36,984 bases of DNA from a virus (taxonomy: Duplodnaviria; Caudoviricetes). The stretch covers positions 1 to 36,984 of IMG/VR virus record IMGVR_UViG_3300010966_000022; one strand, 5' to 3'. Each line of letters starts with the position of its first letter. Positions within the stretch are counted from its first letter, which is position 1. Position numbers and translations under genes: made by a program. Positions 1 to 8,369 of this stretch are shown in pieces. The notes under the pieces are model-generated. The model saw only the letters and a list, made by a program, of their open reading frames with translations. It was not told the DNA's origin and did not search any database.

Positions 1-1464
1 TGGGTTGACCCAGCACCAATGACCATTACATCTTTGGATGGCGAGGTTGTTGACATGCGCGGTGGTTATTACCCAATTGTCTACGATCCAATGGCAAGCG
101 AGCGTGCAGAAGCTTTTGCTGACGCTGAAGACATCAAACAACAAATGCAGGGCGCTTACACTAGCGCAACAACTCGCCGCAGCTTTACCAAATCTCGCGT
201 AGAAGAGGTAAAAGGACGACCTTTGTTGTATACCCTTGGAGGTATGTATAACGGCATCAACGATGTTATTCACGATTTGTCATGGCACGAATGGCTTATC
301 GATGCAAACAAGCTTTTAAAATCTCAAAGTATTGATACGGCTATCCGTACGCAATATGGTCCAGAATTTAAACAGCAATTTAAATCATGGGTCAACGATG
401 TTGCCGTAGGTGAGCGGGCTGCACAAAATGCCGGAGAAGTTGCACTCAATAGATTGCGTCAAGGAATAAGTGCTGCTGGACTTGGTTTTAACGTAATGAG
501 CGCAATTCAACAGATCACAGGATTTAACCAATCAATTGTTCGCGTTGGACCAAAATGGATCGGGCGCGGAATAATGAAGACGTTGCAATTTGGATCAGAC
601 GCATTTAAATATGTTGATGAGGCATCACCATTTATGGCTAACCGTGGTAGAACGCAATTTAGAGAACTAAACGAGTTGCGCAATATGGTTCAAGATGAAA
701 GCAAAGCAATGCGTGCTGTAAAGATTGGTGCCTATTTTATGATGATGAGAATGCAGCGATTAGTTGACGTTCCAACATTTATTGGCGCATACGAAAAAGC
801 AATTGCAGAAGGCAATGATGAGGCCAGATCAATTGCACTTGCGGAGCAAGCTGTTATAGATTCGCAAGGCGGTGGCATGTTGAAAGACTTGTCTGCTATC
901 GAGCGCGGTGGCCCAGCGCTAAAAGTCTTCACTGTGTTTTATTCATTTTTAAATACTTTATTTAATTTAGCAGCAGTTACAACAATGACGGCTAAAAGCA
1001 AAGGTGAATTAGCGGCAAAATATTTGATGTTGTTTACTGTGCCTGTTGTTTTGACGTACGCACTTAAAAACGGTCTGGTTCCAAGCGATGACGATGACGA
1101 ATTCGACATGGAAAAAATTGCCAAAGAATTGGTTGCCGAGCAAATTAGCTACATGATGGGAACAATGATTATCACCCGCGAATTTGCTGAAGCTGGCAAA
1201 TTGGTGCTTGGCACAGAGGGCGGCGGCAGAAGTTACTCTGGCCCGGGTGGCCTGCGTCTTGTATCTGATTCGTATAACCTGATCAAACAAGTTGGTCAGG
1301 GCGAGTTTGATACATCATTCAGAAAGGCCGCGATCAACGTCATAGGTGGTTTTGCTGGGTTGCCGTCGGCGCAGATCAACCGAACATGGAACGGAATCGA
1401 AGCTTTAGTTGAAGGGAAGACCGAGAATTTGGCAGCGCCAGTGCTTGGTTTTAAGGGTAGATAG
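1..1464 (+). CDS. C-terminal part of giant internal virion (ejection) protein, 5'-truncated
   Basis: Frame is open from base 1 (WVDPAPM...). Helical protein with GGYYPIVYDP and hydrophobic C-terminal segments, directly before the tail fibre, where the largest internal virion protein ends in BPP-1-like podophages. Confidence 0.75.
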   Translation, partial: WVDPAPMTITSLDGEVVDMRGGYYPIVYDPMASERAEAFADAEDIKQQMQGAYTSATTRRSFTKSRVEEVKGRPLLYTLGGMYNGINDVIHDLSWHEWLIDANKLLKSQSIDTAIRTQYGPEFKQQFKSWVNDVAVGERAAQNAGEVALNRLRQGISAAGLGFNVMSAIQQITGFNQSIVRVGPKWIGRGIMKTLQFGSDAFKYVDEASPFMANRGRTQFRELNELRNMVQDESKAMRAVKIGAYFMMMRMQRLVDVPTFIGAYEKAIAEGNDEARSIALAEQAVIDSQGGGMLKDLSAIERGGPALKVFTVFYSFLNTLFNLAAVTTMTAKSKGELAAKYLMLFTVPVVLTYALKNGLVPSDDDDEFDMEKIAKELVAEQISYMMGTMIITREFAEAGKLVLGTEGGGRSYSGPGGLRLVSDSYNLIKQVGQGEFDTSFRKAAINVIGGFAGLPSAQINRTWNGIEALVEGKTENLAAPVLGFKGR

Positions 1465-1496
1465 GTACCCGTATCAACCCTATATGTCAATAACCT
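1464..1496 (+). promoter_or_regulatory. Putative late promoter, copy 1 (GGTACCCGTA-N17-TAACCT)
   Basis: Exact 10-mer shared with 18663, 22406 and 28849; all four are intergenic and followed by a TANNNT hexamer. Confidence 0.75.
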
Positions 1497-1502
1497 TTTG
1501 AT

Positions 1503-1526
1503 ATGCGTCGGGAGAACCGCGAATGA
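1503..1526 (+). CDS. Possible leaderless 7-codon upstream ORF (MRRENRE)
   Basis: ATG at the predicted +1 of promoter copy 1; its TGA overlaps the tail-fibre ATG (ATGA, 1523-1526). Confidence 0.35.
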   Translation: MRRENRE

Positions 1527-2524
1527 CTATATCCACAGAAAACAGGGAAGCAGGCCCCTTTGAAGGGAACGGCGTTACGGTGCTGTTTCCGTTTGCTTTT
1601 AAAGTATTTGAGCCAACCGACTTATGGGTTGTGAGCGTTGACGCAACGGACGTTGAAACGACCCTTGTTTATGGCACTGACTACAGTGTCACGCTAAACC
1701 TCGACCAAAACTCAAACGCTGGTGGAAGCATCACGCTTACGGTGCCGTTGCCTGTTGGCACGACGATGGTTATTACAACCGATCTGGAGGCCCTACAGCC
1801 CGTCGATTTGACGAACCAAGGTGGTTTCTACCCGAGCGTAATTAACACCGCGCTGGACCGCTTGACGATCCTAGTACAGCAGCTTGCAGAAGGTGTGGCC
1901 CGGGCCGCAAAGGTTCCGATTACCAGCGACGTATCATCGTCGCAACTGGTTGAGGATATTATTATCTTGGTCAATCGCATCGATGACCTTGATACTCTTG
2001 TCGCGCACATCACAGAAATTGAAACTGTTGCGGATAACCTGAACGATCCGAACTCTAGCATCGATGCTGTTGCTGGATCGCTAGACGAAATAAATGCAAT
2101 ATACGAATACATTGCGCAAATTGTTATTGTTGGAAACAACATTGCTGACGTTATCACAACAGCAGACAACATTGCAGACTTAAATTCGATTGCAGATAAC
2201 ATCGTTGAGCTTAACGCGATATTTGATAACCTTGCTGCAATTCTTGCTGTGCCGGGTTATCTTGCCGCTGCTGGCCTACCGCCATCACTTGTCGGTCACG
2301 CTGGTGAATTCTTGAAAGTTAAGCTTGACGAAACCGGATATGAATTTACGACATCATCTGCATCACCTCGGTTTTACGGATTTGCATTTTCTCTTGATTC
2401 AACAGAGTTGCTTTTGACAGAAGGCCGCGATGAAGACTACGTTGATGGAAATTATGTAGCATCGATGCTTGGTGAAGGCTTTACTGTTGCAATTACTAAT
2501 AACCAATTGGTGATGACGCTATGA
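1523..2524 (+). CDS. Tail fibre / adaptor protein
   Basis: N-terminal T7-gp17-like attachment region (GNGVTVLFPFAF...ALDRLTILVQQL), heptad repeats of the ADNIADL type, LVGHAGEFLKV fibre motif and a short C-terminal domain. Confidence 0.8.
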   Translation: MTISTENREAGPFEGNGVTVLFPFAFKVFEPTDLWVVSVDATDVETTLVYGTDYSVTLNLDQNSNAGGSITLTVPLPVGTTMVITTDLEALQPVDLTNQGGFYPSVINTALDRLTILVQQLAEGVARAAKVPITSDVSSSQLVEDIIILVNRIDDLDTLVAHITEIETVADNLNDPNSSIDAVAGSLDEINAIYEYIAQIVIVGNNIADVITTADNIADLNSIADNIVELNAIFDNLAAILAVPGYLAAAGLPPSLVGHAGEFLKVKLDETGYEFTTSSASPRFYGFAFSLDSTELLLTEGRDEDYVDGNYVASMLGEGFTVAITNNQLVMTL

Positions 2525-4194
2525 TGAACATAGACATTACAAAGCTAGGGTACCGTTGGAAAGGACTCTATTCGCCATACTTGTCTTACGTTGAAAAAGA
2601 TGTGGTGTACAAAGACGGCGGCGCTTATGTCATTCAAAACGGATTGCCTGTTCCTTTTGCGCTAGGCCAACAAGACGCAACGCTTGCTGGTCAAGTGTTA
2701 ACTGGCGGCGATCCTGTAAGCGGTGTCCCATACACAGCACTTCATTCAAACGGCGCAAGCTCTATGGAGTTTCGCTTTATGGGTGGGCGCAATGGTGTGA
2801 TTGCGACAAAGCTAATGACAATGGACAGGATGGAATGTTCCGGTTATCAGCTATCACAATACTACATGTCATCGATCATGAGCGATGGCTCTGTGCGAGT
2901 TTGGGGCTTGCGCTCAAACGGTCAAACAGGCACAGGCTCTTACGGTGGTGATCCAGCTTGGAACTATACCTTACCAACGCGAGTTGCTTTTCCACCCGGC
3001 ACGCCACGCATCACACAAGTTGTATCAAACTGGAACGACACATATTTTCTTGATGCAAATGGCGCTGTTTATCACAGCGGTGGAAACCGTGGTGACTACA
3101 TGTCAGGGCGCAATACAACTGGCGCAACAGTAATACCAACAAAAATTAACGGCTTTGGTGATCTTGGCGCAAACACTGTCATCACAAAGATTTTCCAAAG
3201 CAATGCATACAGTGGAAGTCCATCAATGTTCTTGTTGGATAACTTGGGCCGCGTTTATACATGGGGTTACAACGCATACGGCAATTTAGGTAATGGAACT
3301 ACTACAAACATTCTTGTTCCTTATTTGATTCCAATGACGGTAACAACTCCAATTAAAGACATATATGCAACTGCTAGATATGCTGCATCATTTTTAATTG
3401 GTACCAATGGAATTTTGTATAGTGCTGGCGAAACAAACACATCTTTGTACACAGCACCAAATTATTTTCACAGGCCAGTAATGCCTTGGGGATTTAATAA
3501 AACAGTCAAACAGCTTTTTAGTAGTGAGTGTTACGGAGATGCTGGAGAAGGTGGACAGCCTGTTGTGCGTCGATACGGTGCAGTGCTCGATAATGGTGAA
3601 TTGTGGTGCTGGGGTGATGCTGGCTATAACGTTCTTGACGGTTTTGGAATTTCTTATACAAGTAATGTTTGGCAAGGTAGCGCAATTTATCCTATAAAAG
3701 TTTTAGATGGAGTGTCTTTTGCGCAAGCTGTTACTGGATGGAACGCAATGCTTGTGCTTATGAATGACGGTACCGTTAAATGGACAGGAATTAACGGTCA
3801 AGGTCTTGGTGGTGCGCTCGCAAACCGTCAAACATGGATCACTATCGGGGATTCATTTTTAACTGGTGTTACCAAATTGCGTATGTACGGATATGGTTCT
3901 TATTCGACTGCGGTGGCGCTTCGCAATGACGGTAAAGTTGTTGTCTGGGGCTACGGTGCAAACGGTCAAGTTGGTGACGGGTACAACACAGCAACAAACT
4001 ATCCAAATAAATTTTTATTGATAGATAAAACCGTCGTTGATTTTGAGGTAAATGGAAACTTTGGCGCTGGCGGTGGGTGCCTTTATTGTCTGACATCAGA
4101 CGGTCAAGTAATGAACAACGGCTATGGTTTGCATAGCATGGGCGGTGATGATGATCAAGAATCTCGCTTTGCACCTTCGCCAATTATTTTTTAA
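2521..4194 (+). CDS. RCC1/BLIP-II repeat beta-propeller tail protein 1 (candidate receptor-binding protein)
   Basis: Repeats DGSVRVWG, GRVYTWGYNAYGNLGNG, DGKVVVWGYGANGQVGDG; N-terminal WKGLY...Y...DVV module; ATGA overlap with the tail fibre gene. Confidence 0.8.
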   Translation: MMNIDITKLGYRWKGLYSPYLSYVEKDVVYKDGGAYVIQNGLPVPFALGQQDATLAGQVLTGGDPVSGVPYTALHSNGASSMEFRFMGGRNGVIATKLMTMDRMECSGYQLSQYYMSSIMSDGSVRVWGLRSNGQTGTGSYGGDPAWNYTLPTRVAFPPGTPRITQVVSNWNDTYFLDANGAVYHSGGNRGDYMSGRNTTGATVIPTKINGFGDLGANTVITKIFQSNAYSGSPSMFLLDNLGRVYTWGYNAYGNLGNGTTTNILVPYLIPMTVTTPIKDIYATARYAASFLIGTNGILYSAGETNTSLYTAPNYFHRPVMPWGFNKTVKQLFSSECYGDAGEGGQPVVRRYGAVLDNGELWCWGDAGYNVLDGFGISYTSNVWQGSAIYPIKVLDGVSFAQAVTGWNAMLVLMNDGTVKWTGINGQGLGGALANRQTWITIGDSFLTGVTKLRMYGYGSYSTAVALRNDGKVVVWGYGANGQVGDGYNTATNYPNKFLLIDKTVVDFEVNGNFGAGGGCLYCLTSDGQVMNNGYGLHSMGGDDDQESRFAPSPIIF

Positions 4195-4206
4195 AGGATA
4201 GAAATC

Positions 4207-5871
4207 ATGGCAACAGTATCGCTTGGGAAAATCGCATTTAAATGGCGGTCAACTTACAACGCTGGCACAACATACATGCGTCAAGATGTTGTCGCGTACA
4301 ACGGCGATAGCTTTGTATGTGTTGTTGATAGCACCGTTGGGATTACTCCTACTGATGCGTCGGCAAACTGGGATATTTTTGCGCAAGGAACCGCTGGTGT
4401 TTCTACAAGCGGCGGCGAGATTATTTACAACAACGGTTCTGGCCTTGTTGCATTGCCTGCTGGTACTTCTGGTCAAGTGCTTACTGTTGGCGTTGGCGGT
4501 CTTCCTGTATGGGCAACACCCCAAGTTCGTTCTGGAACGAAAGTATCCAAGCTCCCAGAAAACGCAACAGGAACACAACCAAACTCATACCGCAAAATGG
4601 GCGTGATTATGAGCGACGGAAGTATTCGTGCATGGGGCCAGCAAAGTTATTATTTGTTGGGTGACGGTACTACATTCACTCGTTCATATCCGGTTCGCAC
4701 TGCATTCCCGCCCGGCTTCCCCGGTGCGTCAAAACTTTATTATGGGTATGACCAGCAAGCGGCATGTATTGATGCAAATGGTCAGCTTTGGCTTTGGGGA
4801 AACAATGAGTTTGGAGCATGCGGCAATGGAGCAACAACAGTAGTTCGTGTTCCTTACAACGCAAGTGCTGATGCCGCAAACTCTATATACGGTAAAACTG
4901 TAATTCAATATGCAATACCTTGTGGAACGCAAGGTGGTGTAAGTAGTCTTGCTCTTTGCAGCGATGGTACTGTTCACTCTTGTGGCTATAACGCATATGG
5001 TCAGCTTGGTGTAGGCAGCACAGTAAGTGCCTCTAGATTTGCACAACTTCCTGTGCTTTCTAACATTGTTGAAATTGAAGCCGGGCGCGAGGCATACACA
5101 TCTTATTACGCTCGGACCAGCGCTGGTGCGTTATATTCTTGGGGATATAACGGTGACGGGCAGCTTGGTGATGGCGGCACTACAAACGCTACGATTGCTA
5201 CGTTGCGCACTGGTGGATCATTGTCAGGAAAAGTAATTACAAAAATGTTTGCTGGACCAAACTATGCAATGGCAATTGATAGCCTTGGTAACTTGCATGC
5301 TTGGGGAACAAACACTTACGGGCAATTAGGAAACGGCACACTGTCAAACCAATTTACACCTGTGCAAGCTGTAACTGGTGGAGTGTCTGACGTTTACATT
5401 GGTCAATACGACTACCCAATTACTTACATGAAAAAAACCGACAACTCGCTTTGGGGTTGTGGTTACGGTGAGTATTGGGCAAACGGTGTAACTCCTGCTG
5501 GCACAAACACCGGAACGTTTACGCAAATTATTTCTAGCGCGACACCAATCACAAAAGCCGTTCACGGTGGTAGTGGCACATACAACTTCGGTGCAGCATT
5601 ATTGCAAAACGGCACAGTGAAAGTATGGGGTTACAACGGCAACGGAGCGTTAGGCCTTGGTGATGTAACAACACGGACAACCGCAGCAAACTCAATGCTT
5701 ACTGGCAACCGTGTCGTAACAGATATTTGCGCTTATGGTGGCGGTAGCGAACAAGGCATGATTATGCTTCTTGATGACGGTCAATTGTTTGCTGTTGGTT
5801 ACGGTGGTGGATCGCAATTGCCTGAAGACGATAGCGAGACATCTTACACACCAATGCCTGTACTGTTCTAA
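4207..5871 (+). CDS. RCC1/BLIP-II repeat beta-propeller tail protein 2 (candidate receptor-binding protein)
   Basis: Multiple WGxNxxGQLGxG repeats; N-terminal WRSTYNAGTTY...DVV module and LPAGTSGQVLTV fibre motif; AAGGA SD upstream. Confidence 0.85.
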   Translation: MATVSLGKIAFKWRSTYNAGTTYMRQDVVAYNGDSFVCVVDSTVGITPTDASANWDIFAQGTAGVSTSGGEIIYNNGSGLVALPAGTSGQVLTVGVGGLPVWATPQVRSGTKVSKLPENATGTQPNSYRKMGVIMSDGSIRAWGQQSYYLLGDGTTFTRSYPVRTAFPPGFPGASKLYYGYDQQAACIDANGQLWLWGNNEFGACGNGATTVVRVPYNASADAANSIYGKTVIQYAIPCGTQGGVSSLALCSDGTVHSCGYNAYGQLGVGSTVSASRFAQLPVLSNIVEIEAGREAYTSYYARTSAGALYSWGYNGDGQLGDGGTTNATIATLRTGGSLSGKVITKMFAGPNYAMAIDSLGNLHAWGTNTYGQLGNGTLSNQFTPVQAVTGGVSDVYIGQYDYPITYMKKTDNSLWGCGYGEYWANGVTPAGTNTGTFTQIISSATPITKAVHGGSGTYNFGAALLQNGTVKVWGYNGNGALGLGDVTTRTTAANSMLTGNRVVTDICAYGGGSEQGMIMLLDDGQLFAVGYGGGSQLPEDDSETSYTPMPVLF

Positions 5872-5891
5872 CGCTTTTGATTGGGTTGATT

Positions 5892-6146
5892 ATGGATTGG
5901 CAAAATCTTATCAATTTGGGCGGTGCGTCTGCTATAGCTGTCATGGGCTGGTTCGCCCGGCAGCTTTGGGATTCGGTTAAAGAGTTGCGCGATGATATTG
6001 CTGGCCTTCGACTTCACGTTAGTGAGAACTACGTCAAGAAGTCGGAGGTTGATAGCTTTCGCGCAGACATGGATAAGCGCTTTGACCGGATAGAAATATT
6101 GCTGGATAAGCTTTATGAAAAGCTCGACTCAAAGGTAGACAAGTGA
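5892..6146 (+). CDS. Small membrane-anchored coiled-coil protein of the lysis cassette (holin/antiholin-like)
   Basis: One N-terminal hydrophobic helix followed by a charged coiled coil; ATG 5892 preferred over TTG 5877. Confidence 0.55.
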   Translation: MDWQNLINLGGASAIAVMGWFARQLWDSVKELRDDIAGLRLHVSENYVKKSEVDSFRADMDKRFDRIEILLDKLYEKLDSKVDK

Positions 6147-6394
6147 ATGATGTCGATCGTTGGAAAAACAGGCGCAAGATGGCATGGTTGTCTATGCTGG
6201 CTGGTCTGTTGTTTCCAATCTTGATTCTGTTTACTGACTCGACACAGCTTGGTGCTATAGCGGGGCCTTTTTATGTTTTTATTGGAATGGTTGTCGCAAC
6301 GTACATCGGCGCTGCTGTCGTGGATGATCACTGGCAAAAACAGGATTCTAGGTATGATCGATTTGAAACTGATCGCGATATGCGTCGGAGCTAG
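6143..6394 (+). CDS. Putative holin with two TM helices
   Basis: Basic RWKNRRK, two hydrophobic segments and a charged C-terminus; lies in the lysis cluster. Confidence 0.6.
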   Translation: MNDVDRWKNRRKMAWLSMLAGLLFPILILFTDSTQLGAIAGPFYVFIGMVVATYIGAAVVDDHWQKQDSRYDRFETDRDMRRS

Positions 6395-6848
6395 TTTTTC
6401 GATTGGCGCTTTTTCGTCTTGGTGGTTAACGGCTGATTACAAAGAGGCCAAGTACACTGCGGCGATTAGCCAAATGAAAATTGAGGCAGCAAGCGCATTG
6501 CACGCTGCGACATTGAAAGCCATGGAAGTGGCGCAAGAGAACTCTAGGCTTGCGAACGAATTGGAGGTTGTCAATGCACAACATCGTAAAAAATTGGATG
6601 AGACTCTTGCTGACAATCGCAGGCTTGCTAGTGAGCTTGGCGGCTTGTACGACCGTAACTCCACCACAAGTAATTGCCCCATGCCCACCGCCCCCAATGC
6701 CGCCAGCAACGCTGCTATTGCCACCACCGGAGCCAAGCTTTCAAATCAACTTGCGGAATTACTTCTTTCCGAATCCCGCCGCGCCGACGAGGCCGCAGCC
6801 TATGCCCGGACCTGTTACGAATGGGTCAAAAAATTAGGGGTTAAATGA
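6354..6848 (+). CDS. Rz: Rz-like inner-membrane spanin
   Basis: N-terminal TM (LIAICVGASFSIGAFSSWWL), Ala-rich coiled coil, C-terminal Cys; contains an embedded lipoprotein gene. Confidence 0.8.
   Translation: MIDLKLIAICVGASFSIGAFSSWWLTADYKEAKYTAAISQMKIEAASALHAATLKAMEVAQENSRLANELEVVNAQHRKKLDETLADNRRLASELGGLYDRNSTTSNCPMPTAPNAASNAAIATTGAKLSNQLAELLLSESRRADEAAAYARTCYEWVKKLGVK
6574..6837 (+). CDS. Rz1: Rz1-like outer-membrane lipoprotein spanin embedded in Rz (+1 frame)
   Basis: GGAGG at 6563-6567 before ATG 6574 (alternative ATG 6598); signal peptide RLLLTIAGLLVSLAA-C with lipobox LAAC; Pro-rich mature part. Confidence 0.8.
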   Translation: MHNIVKNWMRLLLTIAGLLVSLAACTTVTPPQVIAPCPPPPMPPATLLLPPPEPSFQINLRNYFFPNPAAPTRPQPMPGPVTNGSKN

Positions 6849-7303
6849 TGTTTGAATTGTCTCCGCGCAGTTTGAAGAATCTACAAGGTGTGGACCAGCG
6901 GCTAGTTGATATTGTTCACCGGGCCATCCAGATCACAACCATTGATTTCGCTGTAATAGAAGGCCTACGCACGCCTGAAAAGCAATTGGAGTACTACAAG
7001 AAGGGTGCAAGCCAAATCGCTGTTGGTGGGACCCATGTGCAAGGCAGGGCCGTAGACCTAATGGCGTACCTTGATGAAAGAGCGTCTTGGGAAATTTCGC
7101 TATACGACAACATCGCAGACGCGATGCGCGCCTCGGCAATTTATTTTGACGTTGGTTTGCGTTGGGGTGCCGCTTGGCACATTGATGATATTCGCGATTG
7201 GAACGGTACGATGGAGCAGGCAATGAATGCTTACGTTGACCTACGCCGCAGCCAAGGCCAGCGCCCGTTTATTGATGGCCCACATTTTGAGTTGATAGAT
7301 TAG
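6845..7303 (+). CDS. Endolysin, M15 family (L-Ala-D-Glu-type) zinc peptidase
   Basis: EGLRTxxxQ, HxxGRAVD and DGPHFEL motifs. Confidence 0.9.
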   Translation: MMFELSPRSLKNLQGVDQRLVDIVHRAIQITTIDFAVIEGLRTPEKQLEYYKKGASQIAVGGTHVQGRAVDLMAYLDERASWEISLYDNIADAMRASAIYFDVGLRWGAAWHIDDIRDWNGTMEQAMNAYVDLRRSQGQRPFIDGPHFELID

Positions 7304-7312
7304 AGTCTCCTT

Positions 7313-7368
7313 GGTTCACGAAAGTGAGCTTTTTCCCCCAAGTGTTTTTGCCTTGGGGGATTTTTTTT
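7313..7368 (+). terminator. Intrinsic terminator(s) ending the late transcript
   Basis: GTTCAC-GAAA-GTGAGC plus T5, then TCCCCCAAG...CTTGGGGGA plus T8, at the convergence of + and - operons. Confidence 0.8.
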
Positions 7369-7552
7369 AGCCTATTTTATTTTGACGTTCAAACGTTTCG
7401 ACATCCTCCTGTTTGTAACGTACGGGTGCGCCACGCCCATCACCAAGTTTGATATACGCCGGGCCAGTTTCACTGACACGCCACTGTCGCAGCGTGTCTT
7501 GTGAAATTTGCCAGCGCTCGCACAACTGTTTAGTTGTTAGGAGCTTCGACAT
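7367..7552 (-). CDS. Excisionase-like / AlpA-MerR-type HTH protein
   Basis: LLTTKQLCERWQISQDTLRQWR...GPAYIKLG...VRY pattern; ATG 7552 with AAGGA SD. Confidence 0.8.
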   Translation of the reverse strand: MSKLLTTKQLCERWQISQDTLRQWRVSETGPAYIKLGDGRGAPVRYKQEDVETFERQNKIG

Positions 7553-8369
7553 TTTCCTTGGCCTCCACAACTTCGCCTGTAGTCAGATCAACCTCGGCGG
7601 TGTTATCAATACCCATAGAGGCCTTTAATCGGCTCAAGGGAGCGTTTTGCTGGTCAGGTGCTGGTGTGATATTAATCGGCTCTTGTCGCTGCACCTGAAC
7701 GAATCCTGATGCTTCGTTGTCGGCCTCAAACAATGAGTCAACATCAGCGCTCGATGGCAAGCGTTTGGCGATTCGACGGATAACTGTCTTTTTTGCCATT
7801 TCGTCCCACCACTGAACCCAAGGTCCTGACTGTGATGCGCGGCTGCTATTGCGAACCTTTTCGACTTCGGCAACACTCATCACCTCGCGGTAGATTGCGC
7901 CGTCTTTGGTTTTGGCAATCGCGTAGCATGCAATGGGCTGGCCCCGATCGGAACCAAGAAAAGGCTTGTGTGTGATTTGTTCATTATCACCAAGCTCATA
8001 TTCGAAGTGGTCCTTATCGTAGACAACTTGCGCGCTGATACTGGCAAGCTCTCCGCTGTTGCGAATCTTCTTCAAGATACCGCCAACCATTGGCATGTAC
8101 TGAACCTTGGGACCTTCCTTGGTTCTGAAGATAACAGGCGCGGCCTCGCGACCATCAAGCATCAGGCCATCCTGCGCGGCCTTCATGCAGGCACCAAGCA
8201 GGCTGCGACGGTCAGCACCCAAAAGCTCTGGGTTCATCTGCACTGCTGTGAGCGTTGTGCGGATAAATTTCTCAACCGGGATTTGTGGCGGCAGTGCTGC
8301 TGCAAACTCTGGCTGCATTCTTACTAGGGTGCCACGCATGGCTTCCATTGGGGTGAGTTCGTTACTCAT
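7530..8369 (-). CDS. recT: RecT family single-strand annealing recombinase
   Basis: SLLGACMKAAQDGL, VYDKDHFEYELG and PWVQWWDEMAKKTVIRR motifs; adjacent to an exonuclease. Confidence 0.92.
   Translation of the reverse strand: MSNELTPMEAMRGTLVRMQPEFAAALPPQIPVEKFIRTTLTAVQMNPELLGADRRSLLGACMKAAQDGLMLDGREAAPVIFRTKEGPKVQYMPMVGGILKKIRNSGELASISAQVVYDKDHFEYELGDNEQITHKPFLGSDRGQPIACYAIAKTKDGAIYREVMSVAEVEKVRNSSRASQSGPWVQWWDEMAKKTVIRRIAKRLPSSADVDSLFEADNEASGFVQVQRQEPINITPAPDQQNAPLSRLKASMGIDNTAEVDLTTGEVVEAKENVEAPNN

Noticed and set aside
1523-7400. Diversity-generating retroelement, expected given the BPP-1-like structural genes
   Set aside because: No reverse transcriptase or avd-like ORF, and no near-identical TR/VR pair differing at adenines. 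The two RCC1 genes are similar only at the protein level.
7421-7430. Minus-strand partial match to the late motif (CGCACCCGTA)
   Set aside because: It lies inside the Xis-like coding sequence and has no TANNNT hexamer 16-17 nt downstream.
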